This document shows positions 1 through 12,779 of a stretch of DNA of 64,000 nucleotides, in pieces. How positions within the stretch are numbered: the first letter of the stretch is position 1; the number at the start of each line of letters is the position of its first letter. Source of the stretch: Octopus sinensis (taxonomy: Eukaryota); NCBI RefSeq assembly GCF_006345805.1, contig NC_042997.1, forward strand, positions 154,194,001 to 154,258,000, given 5' to 3'. The translations under genes were made by a program, and so were the position numbers. The notes under the pieces were generated by a model. The model saw nothing but the letters and a program-made list of their open reading frames with translations. It was not told the origin of the DNA and searched no databases.

Positions 1-409
1 AAATAGTTATGTTCATGTCTAGACATGCAATTATATGTCTGAGAATACACACATAAAACAAAATATACAAATCTGTACATGTACTGACTCCAAATACTGC
101 ACATGTATGCATACACATGCAGAAATACCCTGTTGATGTTCAAATTTCAGTGAATGAGCTTTGGCTCTAGGTTAAAAACCGGCTTTTTTTCTATTAACAA
201 GAAATCTTGAAATAAACTGAATTATGACAGACAAACAGATAGACATAGAGCTACTAAATACATTATCAAAGAATACTGGTGTCCATTAAAAAAAAATATT
301 ACTTATCCAAGATGGTAAATTGGCAAGATTTTAAAACGAATCACTTTGCAATGCTCATTTCAGCTCTTTGACTTCTGTAGCCTACTTGGGTGTAGTTTGT
401 TATCTTGTT

Positions 410-2651
410 TCACATCACCAAAGAGGCAGTAGGAAAGACAAACAACACTAAAAATATAGGAGACACTAACATATTGATATATATGGGAGGAGTTGTAGTT
501 ACTAGAAGATTAGATATTCTACAAGGAAAGATTAGAAAAGAGCAAATGTGAAAAAGGAGATTACAAAATAAAGTGAAGATTTTAAGACAAGATCTGAGTA
601 GAATAGAAGCCTGGAAACTGAATAATCTAGGAAACACAAGATTTAAATCTCTTGAGAAAAGATACTTACTCAAAGAGAAAGGATTTGGAACGCTCATAGA
701 AGAGGTGAAACAACGTATCATAGCAGTAGCAGATAAGCTTTCCAGATATCAGAAAAGAATAGATCAGTATCAACAGAATAGATTATTTGAGACAGACCAG
801 AGTAGATTTTATAACTAAATGAATAATGGAGAAGAAAGTACTGAAAATGAGAAATATAATATAGAAGAAGCTAGAACCTTCTGGAGTAATATTTGGAGAT
901 GCAATATGGTTTTAAAAAGTGAGGGCAGAAGTAGTGAGTAAGAAGCAGCAGCCAGATCTAAGACTAACTATTGCATTAATGAGTAAAGTATTAGGAAAAA
1001 TGCCGAAATGGAAGGACCTAGGACCAGATTTAGTTCAAGGGTACTGGTTAAAGAAATTTAGTAGTTTACATGGGAGGCTGAGGGAACAACTTCAGTATTG
1101 CCTTAATGTAAGAATAATACCAGATTGGATGACCAGAGGAAGAACAATACTCCTTATGAAAGATAAAAGCTAATGTAATACAGCAAGCAATTATAGACCA
1201 ATCACTAGCTTACCATTAGTGTTGAAGCTGTTGACTGGAATGCTTTCAGAAAGCATTTACGAGCTCCTTGGTAACAAGACTTTACTGCCAGAAGAACAGA
1301 AAGGTTACAGGAAGAATGCTAGAAGAACGTATGGTCAATGAAGAAATTCGAAATGAAATAAAAGCTAGAAAGAACAATAGCATGGGAAGACTACAAGAAC
1401 GCTTATGACATGATCTCACACTCATGTATAAATGAATGTTTGAGTATATTCAGCAAAGCAAACAACATAAGAGAATTAATTAGCTTTAGCATGAAGAAAT
1501 GGAAAGTAGATCTCTACTCAGTTTTAAGAAAGATTAATATCGAGAGGAATTTTCCAAGGAGACTCGTTATCCTCTTTAATATTTGTCTTATGTTTGATCC
1601 TTCTCAGTTTAGTATTAAGGAAGGCAAAGGCAAGGCATCAGTTCAGAAATAGTAAGGCAAAAACTAACCATTTGTTCTACATGGATGATCTGAAGCTTTT
1701 TAGTAAGAATGTAAAAGGGATAGATTCCTTAATACAGACTGTAACATTCTTCAGCAAAGATATAGGCATGGATTTTGGCATGGATAAGTGTGCAATATTA
1801 GTCATGAAAAGGGGACATGTAGTCAACAGTTACGTATCCAATTACCAGATGGTCAGACATTAAAATCATTAAAAGTGTTATAAGTATCTAGGAATATTAA
1901 AATCTGACATAGTACTAACTATAGAAATGAAAATGAAAATGAAAATGAAAATGAAAATTGAAGAGTATATCGGAAGGGTAAGGAAGCATTAAGGACTAAC
2001 TAGACAAAGGCCGAGATGGACAAAAGTCAAGTAGATTTCCAATGTAGTTTATGCAAATCAATAGAGGAAAGCGTTACTCATATAGTAAGTGAATATAGTA
2101 CGCTGGCACAGAACGAATACAGAAAAGACATGACAACAATGAGAGTTATGTAGAAAGCTTGGATCTGACCATACTGATGAATGGTATAAACACGAACCTA
2201 ATAAACTACTAGAAAGTCAGAAATATAAGGTGTTGGGGGACTTTAACATTCAGACTGAAGAGTAATAGAAGTTACAAAGCCTAATTTCGTAGTTGTAGAT
2301 AAAGAGAATAGAATATGCCAGATAATTGACTTTACAGTCTCAAATGATGAAAAATTCAATGAGAGGTATAGAAAAAGCAGGAAAGTAGCAGGACCTAGCC
2401 ATAGAATTACAGAAACTATGGAAAGTGCGAGTAAAATGCATCCCAGTAGTTATAGGTGCATTAGGGACTATCCCTTAAGTTTTCAACAGATGGATAAAGG
2501 AATTAGAGATAAAACCTAATTTAGTACAGTTCCAGAAAACAGTGTTATTAGGAATGGCGAGGATGGTTAGGAGGGTTCTTGGCATTTAAGGTTACCTGTT
2601 GTAGTTCGATGTTAGGAATTTTTCTTTGCTAACAGTCTAATCTGTTGTGTG

Positions 2652-2653
<2 letters not shown>
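410..2653 (+). mobile_element. R4/Dong-clade non-LTR retrotransposon (RLE type), 5'-truncated and degraded
   Basis: ORF pieces give RT motifs (LLPEEQKGYRK, YMDDLKLF, DIGMDFGMDKC). RLE-like region near 2200-2450 (WDFNIQT, PNFVVVDK) ends QKTVLLGMARMVRRVLGI*, followed by a short 3' UTR and a (TAA)n tail. Confidence 0.85.

Positions 2654-2713
<60 letters not shown>
2654..2713 (+). repeat. (TAA)20 microsatellite between two R4/Dong 3' ends
   Basis: Direct reading. Confidence 0.95.
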
Positions 2714-2714
<1 letters not shown>

Positions 2715-3040
2715 TGTGGGACGAGTTAAGAGAACTGTGGGGCATGAGGAAGGTAATGGTGATACTGGTGGTAATTGGAGCAATGGGAGCAGTTTCCAAG
2801 AGCTTTGAAAAACATACTAAGAATATTGGAACTGCTGCCAAGCTCGAAGTGGACCATAAGACAGCATTGTTGAGTACAGCTCGCATTCTAAGAAGAGTAT
2901 TGTCTCTCTTAATCACAGGAGAAGGCACTGCTTGAAACCTTTGGTGATTTGTTATTGCTTGCTTTCAAGCAGAGAACAACCGTAAATAGAACAGCGAGAA
3001 TCAAAACAACAACAGCAACAATAATAATAATAATAATAAT
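2714..3040 (+). mobile_element. Second, heavily 5'-truncated R4/Dong-like 3' fragment with (CAA)/(TAA) tail
   Basis: ORF 2714-2935 LWGMRKVMVILVVIGAMG...KTALLSTARILRRVL is the same C-terminal motif from a diverged subfamily. Confidence 0.8.
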
Positions 3041-3848
3041 AGCATCGTGCTTTCTCTACAACAGGCGAAAAGGCTTAGTATACCCTCTCATTAAGCAATT
3101 GGGATTTTTCCGCCTCTATGATCACCGGCATCTTCTTGCATTCCTCGAAACAGAAAAATCGGTATACGATTTATTTCTTCTAGAGAAAATAATAACTAGA
3201 ATTCCATAAGAATTCCAGTCCTGTTGAGATATGGGTGGATAATCTCCTCGAGAATGGCTAATTCTCTTGCCGAATCTCGATGAACCGGTACGTTCTTGAC
3301 TCGAATTCGAGTCAACCATTTACCCATATAATAGAGAATCTTTATAAAGGTCTGAGACGTGCAAGTGGCTGTTGCCATTCTTCTGGCTTCTTACTCGTTG
3401 CTGCGTATATTTTGGAAGCATTTTTTCTGTTTCTGCGGGAGTATGAAATTTAAGTTGCCTCTCCTTGCGAGAAGCACATTTATACACAACGTAGAAAGTA
3501 TAATAGATCCTTCAACACAAGATTTTGCATCAAAAACTTCCAAAATATGAAAATGCTAAATAAAAGTTAATCCTTTAATATTTGGTAACCTCTGTCTAGA
3601 TAGAAATTGAAGTTGACGAGTTTCTATATTGATGTCTAAGTCACAAAAGCAAGGTCTGAAGGCAATAGTAGTTATTTCCTTTAATTCAAAGATAGAAGCA
3701 AATATGAAACAACACTAACTGACTGAAGACAAAAAAAAAAAGTTTAATTATGTTATACTGTGTAATGATTATTATATAAACTTCACATTTTTTTCTCCCG
3801 TGTATTGTAGCTTGATTAATTTTTTTTATGTTTCTGGTTGACTTTCAG

Positions 3849-4051
3849 CTATCTGCCTCTACCGTTACACCAAAGATAGAGGGAATAAAAAAGAATGGAA
3901 ATACAATGCAACCATTGGACTTAGTATTTTTTTTATTATTTCGGGATTATGTTTTATCGGACTGTCAGTAATTGTCATGGTTTTTGAATATCAGAACGGT
4001 GAAAGTAAATCTGTGTCATGTGAGACTCTTTCCAATGTAACATATCACTAA
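3849..4051 (+). CDS. Putative last coding exon of SLC38A7-like transporter, copy A (upstream exons not seen in window)
   Basis: Acceptor tttcag at 3843-3848; open frame (A)ICLYRYTKDRGNKKEWKYNATIGLSIFFIISGLCFIGLSVIVMVFEYQ...YH*. It has one TM segment, fits the position of the SLC38A7 final exon (FPG|LCL...W...G), and is homologous to the 3' exon of copy C. Confidence 0.55.
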
Positions 4052-4527
4052 CTGGAAATGATTTCATTTCATGTTTTATATTTTAATCTAGAGAAACTTT
4101 CATTGCGATAGTACAAGGTTTTAAAAGAAAACTTAACTACTGTGGTCGATTCATTCTTTTAAAAATTCCTCAAGGCGATGCCCCAGCATGGCCGCAGTTT
4201 AATGACTAAAACAAGTAAAACATAAAACATAAAAGATGCTAAATGGGGATAACATAGCTAAATGGGAGGGTACGGAAGTGATTCAAACCGAGTGACACTT
4301 TTATGAGGAAGGACTCTTTTATGGGGAAGGACTCTTTTATGGGGAAGGACTCTTTTATGGGGATGGCACTTTTGGGTATATTGTATATGCCTGAATATAG
4401 GGTCAGGGAGTTTCAAACTCAAAGGCTACCCCGGGTGACACACACTGTAGCTAGGCCACCATTTCTTAATATATTAAGAAAACGAAAGAGGGAGAGTGTG
4501 TGTGTGAGGGAGAGAGAGTGAGAGGGT

Positions 4528-4559
<32 letters not shown>

Positions 4560-5792
4560 GGAAAAGACGAGTGTAATTTGCGCACCTGTGTAATTTACGC
4601 AGGTGATTTTCGGGATAAAAATTATAAAAAAAAGCTTCTACTCGTGTAAAATTCGCACCAAAAAGTTTTCAGAATTGCCGCTTTGGCCAGGGGAAAAAGG
4701 TTTCCAATTTAGTTGTATTTAGCATCATTTCACTTACTTATGGTTAGATTTTATTACATTTTCATCAGATAAAAATAATTTCTGTTTAACAGGTATCACA
4801 TTAAAAGCTATTAAATTACAAAGAGTTTGTGTTGTTTATAATAAACTTTATTTAACATTTCTTGCTCACAGAAATTATGTCCGATCTTTAGCATACTGTT
4901 GTGTCTTCTCAAATCACGATCACAGGAAAAGTTGATGATAAGAATTATCAATAAAAACAAAGATGATAAATACGCACAGGTATTGCAAATTAAATTTAAT
5001 TACCAATAAACGTCAGCTTGGATGACACTTTATTCAACTGACAAATGAAGATGACCGACCAAACTGATTATGTGAACAGAATTCTGATTGGACGAAAGTG
5101 TCTTCTTGTCTTAAGCTCTGATTTTCCGCCTATTCTTGTCGGAACATTTGATACGAAGTATCGAAATTTTAATCCCTTTCACATTTACAAAATGTCAAAC
5201 AAACTTTAAAATTTGTCATAACCGTTTTAGCCGGAAGACCAAACTCTCAGTTTGGTAGCTCGCTAAAATAAACATCAAAAATCGAAAGGAGAAAATAAAC
5301 AGCTTTGCAAGGTTTAATTCAATGTTTATTGAAGAAGAAAGGTGGGAAATTTAAGAAGCGACTTGTATGTACATGTAAAGATGTGTTTATGTATTGATAT
5401 GTGTGTCTCTTCAAGTTGAATATATGACTGTTACTCTGTCGAAGGTTGTATATATATATATATATATATATATATGTTCAAATAGATAACAATAAAATCA
5501 ATTCGAATTAAAATTAATCGATTTAAAATTAATTCTATTTAAAAATATAGTCACTCATCAGGCCTAAAATAACAACAACAACAACAACAACAACAATAAT
5601 AATAATAATAATAATAATAGAATAAATGTACTTAAGTTATACTAATTATCAAATTAATATAGAAAAATACGTGTGTTAACTATAAATAATCGAAAAACAT
5701 TGAATTGATTTTATTATATATATATATATATGCATATATATGTATATATACATACATATATGTATATACATATGTGTGTGTGTGTGCGTATT

Positions 5793-6103
5793 ATAGCCTC
5801 GAGCCGACCAAAGCCTTGTGAGTGGATTTGGTAGACGGAAACTGAAAGAAGCCCGTCGTATATATGTAAATGTATATTTATGTGTGTGTATATGTTTGTG
5901 TCTGTGTTTGTTCTCCCTCCCACCAACATCGCTTGAGAACCGATGCTGGTGTGTTTACGTCCCCGTAACTTAGCGGTTCGGCAAAAGAGACCGATAGAAT
6001 AAGTACCAGGCTTACAAAGAATATGTCCTGGGGTTGATTTGCTCGACTAAAAGCGGTGCTCCAGCAAGGCCACAGTCACATGACTGAAACAAGTAAAAGA
6101 GTA
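5793..6103 (+). mobile_element. Octopus-type SINE (body plus 3' tail)
   Basis: gccgaccaaagccttgtgagtggatttggtagacggaaactgaaagaagccc...cttagcggttcggcaaaagagaccgatagaataagtacc; related copies at 23715-23835 and 26650-26870. Confidence 0.8.
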
Positions 6104-6160
6104 TATATATGTATATATACATACATATATGTATGTATGCATACATACTTACATACATAC

Positions 6161-6196
<36 letters not shown>

Positions 6197-6303
6197 TTCT
6201 ATTATGAAATTATACATCTCCTGTTCTGTTCTTTCGAAAGTATGAATCCATAAAAATTATAAACATATTGTTTTACAGTAAGTTATTTTCCTCTGAAAAA
6301 CTA

Positions 6304-8148
6304 CAGTGTCTTGCAAAAGTGTACACCCACCTTGGAAACTGGATGTATTTTGTTTATTTTGATATTAATATTTTAAACTCCAATAATTTGTTTTAATAAC
6401 CAGTTATGTTACACTTTTATTTAATACACAAAATACATTTGAAAAATTTAAAACTGATTCTTAACTCTTTAGTGTTTGCATTATTCTGCCAAAATTAATG
6501 CCTCTTCATCCACATTGTTTTGAACTAATCATGCTTTATCTTGTAGCTATGAGTCTTTGATGAGGTAGCTGTTAATTTTTAAAACGATATTGTAGGGTTG
6601 GTGTGAGAGACCAGATCTGGCCAGTTTGAACATAAAACAGGCAGAATACTTTTGGCCGGATATGGCTTGTTTAAATGCTAAAGGGTTAAACAAAGATAAT
6701 TTTGAAAAAATTCTTTTCAAAAGTCTACACTCCCTTTGGAATGTTTTCAGCTAAGACTTTGTGGATGATCCTGCTGCGTCAGTTACAGCCTGTAGACGCC
6801 TCGAGTAGCCTTCCAGGAGCTTGCTGCAGTGGTCTGCTGTCAGTTTTCGCCATTCTTCATGGCAGAACTTCTCGAGCTGTGTCAGATTGGATAGGGAACG
6901 TCGGTGCACAGCCAGCTTTAGATTTCGCCATAGATTTTCTATAGGATTGAGGTCAGTGATTTTCTTGCTAGCAAACCAAGCTTCAGTGCTTTTTGACACA
7001 TGCTTGAGGTCGTTATCTTGTTGAAACTTGAAATTGCGACCCAAGCGCAGAGCTCTAGCAGACTTCAGCAGGTTTGCCTCCAATATTTCTTGGTACTTGA
7101 CACTGTCCATGATACCTTGGATGGTTACCAACTCTCCAGGCCCTGCAGCTGAAAAGCAGCTGAAAAGCATGATCGAGCCACCGCCGTCTTTACACTGGGG
7201 GCGGTGTAACGAGGTTGGTGAGCAGTGCCTTTTTTCCGCCAAATAACTCGACTTTGGTCTTATCTGACCACAAAATCTTTCGCCACACGGTCATGGAATC
7301 ATTAATGTGACTTTTGGCAAAGTTTAGCCTAGCTTGCTTGTGTAAAGACTTCAGAAGGGGCTTTTTTTCTAGCTACCCTCCCTTGCAGGCCAGACCGGTG
7401 CAATACTCTAGAAATTGTAGATGCATGGACATCTGTCCCAGTACTGGAAACTGAAGCTTTCAAGTCTTCCAGTGTTGCACTAGGGTTGGAGTTTGTCTCC
7501 CGGACCAGTTTTGACTTTGCTTTTCTGGTAAGTTTGCTCGGTCCCCCAGATCTTGGTAGGGTAGCAGTGGTTTTGTGCACTAACCACTTCTTAACTACAG
7601 TTTTAACAGTGCTTATGGGCAATTCTAAAGGTTTTGCAATCTTTTTATAGCCATTATTTTCATTGTACTTTTGAATAATAAGGTTTTTAAGTTCCTGAGA
7701 CAGAGGCTTGCCCATTTTCTTTCCCGAGTCGGAAACCTTGTGTTTACAGTCAGATTCCAAAGACCAACATACCCAAAAACCATGTGGTGAATGATTTTGT
7801 AGGCAGTTAAATCACCTTATATAGCAAAATAACAGACAGGCCAAGTTTGTTTGTTATGGTAGAACGCACATGTCACTTTTGATTGTTTTGGATTGTATAC
7901 AAACTATCTGATAACACAGTATAATATCTGGTGGTGGGGTGTAGACTTTTGCAAAGACATTTTTCTAAGTTAAATGATTTTAAGAATCAGTATGAAATTT
8001 TTAAAAGGTAATTTTTATATCAAAGGAAAGTGTGATGGATCTGCTTGTTATTTAACAATCATTGGAATTGAAAAAATGTGTTGTTCCTTGTTAAATTATA
8101 CAAAATATATAAATCTTCAAAGGGGATGTAGACTTTTTCAAGCCACTG
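6304..8148 (-). mobile_element. Tc1-family DNA transposon, full length but defective (IR/DR type)
   Basis: TA TSDs (6302-3, 8149-50); TIRs cagtgtcttgcaaaagtgtacac / gtagactttttcaagccactg; inner DRs near 6716-6745 and 7931-7957. Transposase MGKPLSQELK...WSDKTK...FQQDND...DLNPIENLW has a frameshift and a shortened D-E spacing. Confidence 0.92.
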
Positions 8149-8899
8149 TAAGTAACATTTTGATCATTTATTTATATTTATTTGTTTATTTTTTTATGTA
8201 AACATTAGTATAGGTAGTAGATAACCGTAATTTTTATAAAATTGTTTAAAATAAACGAACTTTTGAATAAATAGTTAAGGGACTTTTTGAATGACTTTAG
8301 TAAATTTCTATTATAATAATACAATATTTTGATACCATATATTTATGGTTATATTTATTTTATCGAAAGTTATTTTCTTAATGAAACTACGTAAATTTTA
8401 ATTTTTAATTGCATTTTTACTATGGGTGGTTGTAAATAATGAATACAGTGTAATTTATAATATGTAAATTATGATACTATGTATTGGCCTTGTGAGGATA
8501 AAGTATTAAAAAATTTTTTTTTGCTCTTTAGCCATGATTAATAGTTTTTGTTTTATAATACTAGTGAGAATAAGGATTTTTCTGAATAAATCGTTTGAAT
8601 AACATGTATTTTTCCTAATAGTATGGAAGAATAAAAGGAGATACTTCCTATTTCTTTGAAATGTCCCCAGATGTCTGTGTGAGCACGGAGGATCTACTCA
8701 GTAGAATCAGTAGTTACAACCACTTTAACGACCTCACAGTTTGTGTAGTAGGTAGTATGGTTGTAATTTCACTCTACCCATCTATAGACATAAATTTTTG
8801 TTGTAGAAAAATGCCTTGAAATTATCTGTGAGAGTGAAGTAGAGTTCCGTGAGGAACTGAGCCTCCACAAACTAAGCTATGACAGTAACTATCTAGACA

Positions 8900-10340
8900 A
8901 CCATGACTTTGGTAGATTCTGCCCTAGGAGGTCACAAAGGGAAAGACCACCTCAGCAGTGAAGAAAAGCACCGCAGAGCGCTGGAGTGGCTGGACTAATC
9001 CCACCCAAGACCCTGAGAACAACAATCAGATGATAAGAATGATTGCATAATACAACAGGGGTTAGCATAAGAATCATCTTGAAGAACCACATAGTAACGT
9101 TTAACAGAAAACTATACACGCAGGTTCAAGGGCAGCCATTGGTGTCGGTATAGCTGAGGATGAGGCCGGCCTCTACATGACCTGGTGGGACAGAAAACTT
9201 AAACAATCCTTAACAGAACAATCCACAACTCTTTTACTTTACTGTAAGTATGTAGACGACATTAAAATTCTAGTTAAGACCAACTCTAGTAACGGTAATG
9301 TAGAAACTGAAAGGAACATAATGGAGAGAATCCAGCATGTAGCTAACTCCATCCACCAAAGAATCAAGGTAACTATAGATTACCCCACTAGGCACTCTGA
9401 CAATAAACTCCCGGTCTTTGGTTCTGAACTTTGGTTAGAGATGTGAACAACGGAGTGTAGCTCCTCCACTGCTATTACATGGAACCCATAGCTTCGAAAT
9501 ATGTTGTTCACAAGAACTCAGCTTTGTCACACAACATGAAAATCAGCATAATAGTAACAGACTTAGTTAGGATAATGTGTCCCCTCTATGCAGACCCTAT
9601 GAAGCAAAGAAATATGTACAGAACTTCATGCACCGCATGCAATTCTCTGAATATGATCAGAAAGACAGGGTTCGGGTATACAGGGGTGCTAGAAAGAAGT
9701 TTGATAACATTCTATGTAATTAAACCAGTGGTGCTTGCCCTAGATATAGAAATAAAGACTGGAATAAAATACAAAGAGTTTATGACAAAGCAAACACGTG
9801 GTACAAGACCGACAAATATCAAGGAACGATGTTTGTAGAGGCCACATGTCATGGAAACCTAGCCCGTAGATTTAGGAAAGCTCTGAAGGAGACCAAACTC
9901 AACATTAAGATCGTTGAAAAACCAGGGAGCTCCATCAGATCACAACTATGTAGGACTTACACCTTTGAGAATACCACATGCACTAATGATAACTGCATGG
10001 TGTGTAGGATTAACCCTGGCATTAATTGTAGAACTAGAAATGTAGTCTACAGCATAAGGCGCATAGAAGGTGCTTGTAAAGACAAAAACATGATATACAT
10101 AGGCAAGGTAGCGAGGAGCATTACGGAAAGACTAAATGAACATTTGAGACAATATGATAACAAAAAACAGTCCTCCATGCTCTACCAACATGCCAAAGAC
10201 CATCATGGAGGCAACCTGGATCAACTTGACATCCGCATTTTATCCAAGCACCCGAAGGACACAACACTCAGACAAATACAGGTGTACGTCCTCATAAATG
10301 TAACATCCCCAGTAGCAAATAGGAAATATACGTAGTAGGT
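8900..10340 (+). mobile_element. Penelope-like element remnant (RT plus GIY-YIG endonuclease)
   Basis: RT YCKYVDDI (9177-9446). ORF 9829-10335 has C-rich linker CTNDNCMVC, VVYSI...YIGK...ERLNEH of the GIY-YIG type. Confidence 0.85.
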
Positions 10341-10399
10341 AGTTATACCCCTATACCCACACTTTATATAAGTATATACTGAATAGTTAGCGGGCTGTG

Positions 10400-10430
10400 T
10401 GCATGTGTGTGTATATATGCGTATATATGC

Positions 10431-10510
<80 letters not shown>

Positions 10511-10529
10511 TATGTATGTATATATATGC

Positions 10530-10573
<44 letters not shown>

Positions 10574-10585
10574 GTGTATATATAC
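10400..10585. repeat. (TA)n/(TG)n microsatellite
   Basis: Direct reading. Confidence 0.95.
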
Positions 10586-10630
10586 ATATTAGAGGGAAAC
10601 CACTATGTGAATACCCTTATGTTAGAAGTA

Positions 10631-12050
10631 TGGACCGCATAGCGCAATTTTCTACCGCTATTGGAATGAAATTTGTGAGTTCAAATGTGTTTATTTGACA
10701 ATAAGACGCAGAACAATTGTGTCCTTCTCTGAAAACCTAAAAGTGAACGGCTTGACAATAAAACCTCTATAGTCATGTGACAATTATATGTATCTTGATC
10801 AAGATGAGAATGTCAGACATAATGGACCCATAAATAAGGGTCAAAAAGCATATTGTCAACGGTTGTAAGGAGAAAGTATCAAGGACACACAAGAACTGCT
10901 CCAAGAGTTATCAAATGCAACTACTCTCCTCATACCACCAAAATAGCCTCAACATTTTTGCTAAGCTACCGCCCAATTGCCTGACAGAACATCATTGACA
11001 AATTATACACTGGGTGCCAGTGTATCCTTGCAGGATCATTTTACCAACAACAACAACATTATAACGCCTGAGCATGCTAGAAGAAAGGTGTGTGGATGTA
11101 TACAGCAGCAATTAATTAACAAAATGATCCATGAAAAAAAAAACAATAAAAATCACAGGAACTTAACTGTGGTGTGCCTAAACTACCAGAAACTTTTGAT
11201 AGTATAGCACATGGAAGGATTATCGAGGCTTTACAGTTAGCCAACGTTTCACAGCCACTAGTGAGTGCTATTGAACGTCAGGCCAAAACTTCGTACATCA
11301 CTTTGCTCCTTAGGAGTAATAAGGAACAAATCGAGTCGGACTATCGGGTTGATAGACAGTCGCGGTAGCTCTTGGTCCTTTCATTAAACTCTCTATCATA
11401 CCTGCTCACAAAACACTGACTATAGAAATTGATCAAAAAGTATCTCCTATCCTTTCTTTGTTAACGAGCTGAAGCTATAAGGGACAAATAGTAACCATAT
11501 AAAAAACAAATGTACCGCATAGCACAATTTTCTACCGATATTGGAATGAAATGTGTGAGTTCAAATGTGTTTATTTGACTATAAGACGTGGAACAATTGT
11601 GTCCTCCTCTGAAAGCCTAATAGTGAACGGCTTGACAATAAAACCTCTATAGTTATGTGACAATTATATGTATCTTGATCAAGATGAGAATGTCAGACAT
11701 AATGGACCCATAAGCATATTGCCAACACCTTTATAATGCCTATTTTCACGCCTATGTCTGGTCTTCTGAACTGGTCAGCAGAAGCACCCAATGAGATAGA
11801 TGTACGAACTTCTACTAAATGGAGATGAAGATAGGCTATGCTTCCCATGCAAGGATGGTAGCGGTGTCTCAAATCTGTACTAATGTCATATGAAGCACGT
11901 ATTTTGATACTGAAACAACTTCATCAGATGAAGAAGGCCAGTAACTATCTTTCCCAAGTTTGTGACTGCGAAACCCAAAACGTTAGACTAGCTAATGAAT
12001 TTGAGTTATGAAATAACAACTGATACATGTCTCTCCCAAGGCGCATAGGT
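10631..12050 (+). mobile_element. Degraded R4/Dong-like RT fragments with an internal ~200-bp direct duplication
   Basis: VCLNYQK/FDSIAH motif near 11170-11220; 10631-10835 repeated at 11512-11712. Confidence 0.6.
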
Positions 12051-12141
12051 AAAATCTATTTATCAGAACAGAATAAAAATGAGGACCAGTTCACTAAGAA
12101 GATAGCACATGAGTACTTGCCATGAAAAGTACAGCCATAGA

Positions 12142-12181
12142 AAGTAAGCAAGTAAGTAAGTAAGCAAGTAAGTAAGCAAGC

Positions 12182-12216
<35 letters not shown>

Positions 12217-12386
12217 CAAGTAAGTAAGCAAGCACGCAAGCAAGCAAGCACGCAAGTAAGTAAGTAAGCACGCAAGCAAGTAAGCAAGTAAGTATGTAAG
12301 CAAGCAAGTAAGTAAGCAAGCAAGTAAGCAAGCAAGCAAGTAAGCAAGCACGCAAGCAAGTAAGCAAGAAAGCAAGTAAGCAAGAA

Positions 12387-12420
<34 letters not shown>

Positions 12421-12434
12421 GAAGCAAGCAAGTA

Positions 12435-12468
<34 letters not shown>

Positions 12469-12779
12469 TAAGTAAGTAAGTAAGTAAGCAAGCAAGTAAG
12501 TAAGTATATAAGTAAGTAAGAAAGTAAGTAAGTAAGTATGCAAGCAAGCAAGTAAGTAAGTAAGCAAGCAAGGAAGCAAGCAAGCAAGCAAGTAAGTAAG
12601 CAAGCAAGTAAACAAGCAAGCAAGTAAGCAAGTAAGTAAGTAAGTAAGTAAGCAAGTAAGTAAGTAAGTAAGCAAGTTAGTAAGTAAGCAAATTAGTAAG
12701 TAAGCAAGTAAGTAAGTAAGCAAGTAAGTAAGTAAGTAAGTAAGTAAGCAAGTTAGTAAGTAAGTAAGTAAGTAAGTAA
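12142..12779 (+). repeat. Mixed (GTAA/GCAA)n tetranucleotide array, ~640 bp
   Basis: Direct reading; source of the spurious LLTY/LLAC ORFs. Confidence 0.95.

Larger units (their letters stand above)
1255..5480 (+). repeat. Segmental duplication arm 1 (inverted copy at 21090-23578)
   Basis: Paired ORFs 3359+/22961-, 4303+/22031- and 1410+/23116-; colinear reverse-complement identity by eye. About 1655-3338 is absent from the other arm. Confidence 0.9.

Noticed and set aside
10397-10698. YI/VC/MY-repeat ORFs here and at other microsatellites (20772, 29012, 30296, 36549, 54655)
   Set aside because: Microsatellite translations.
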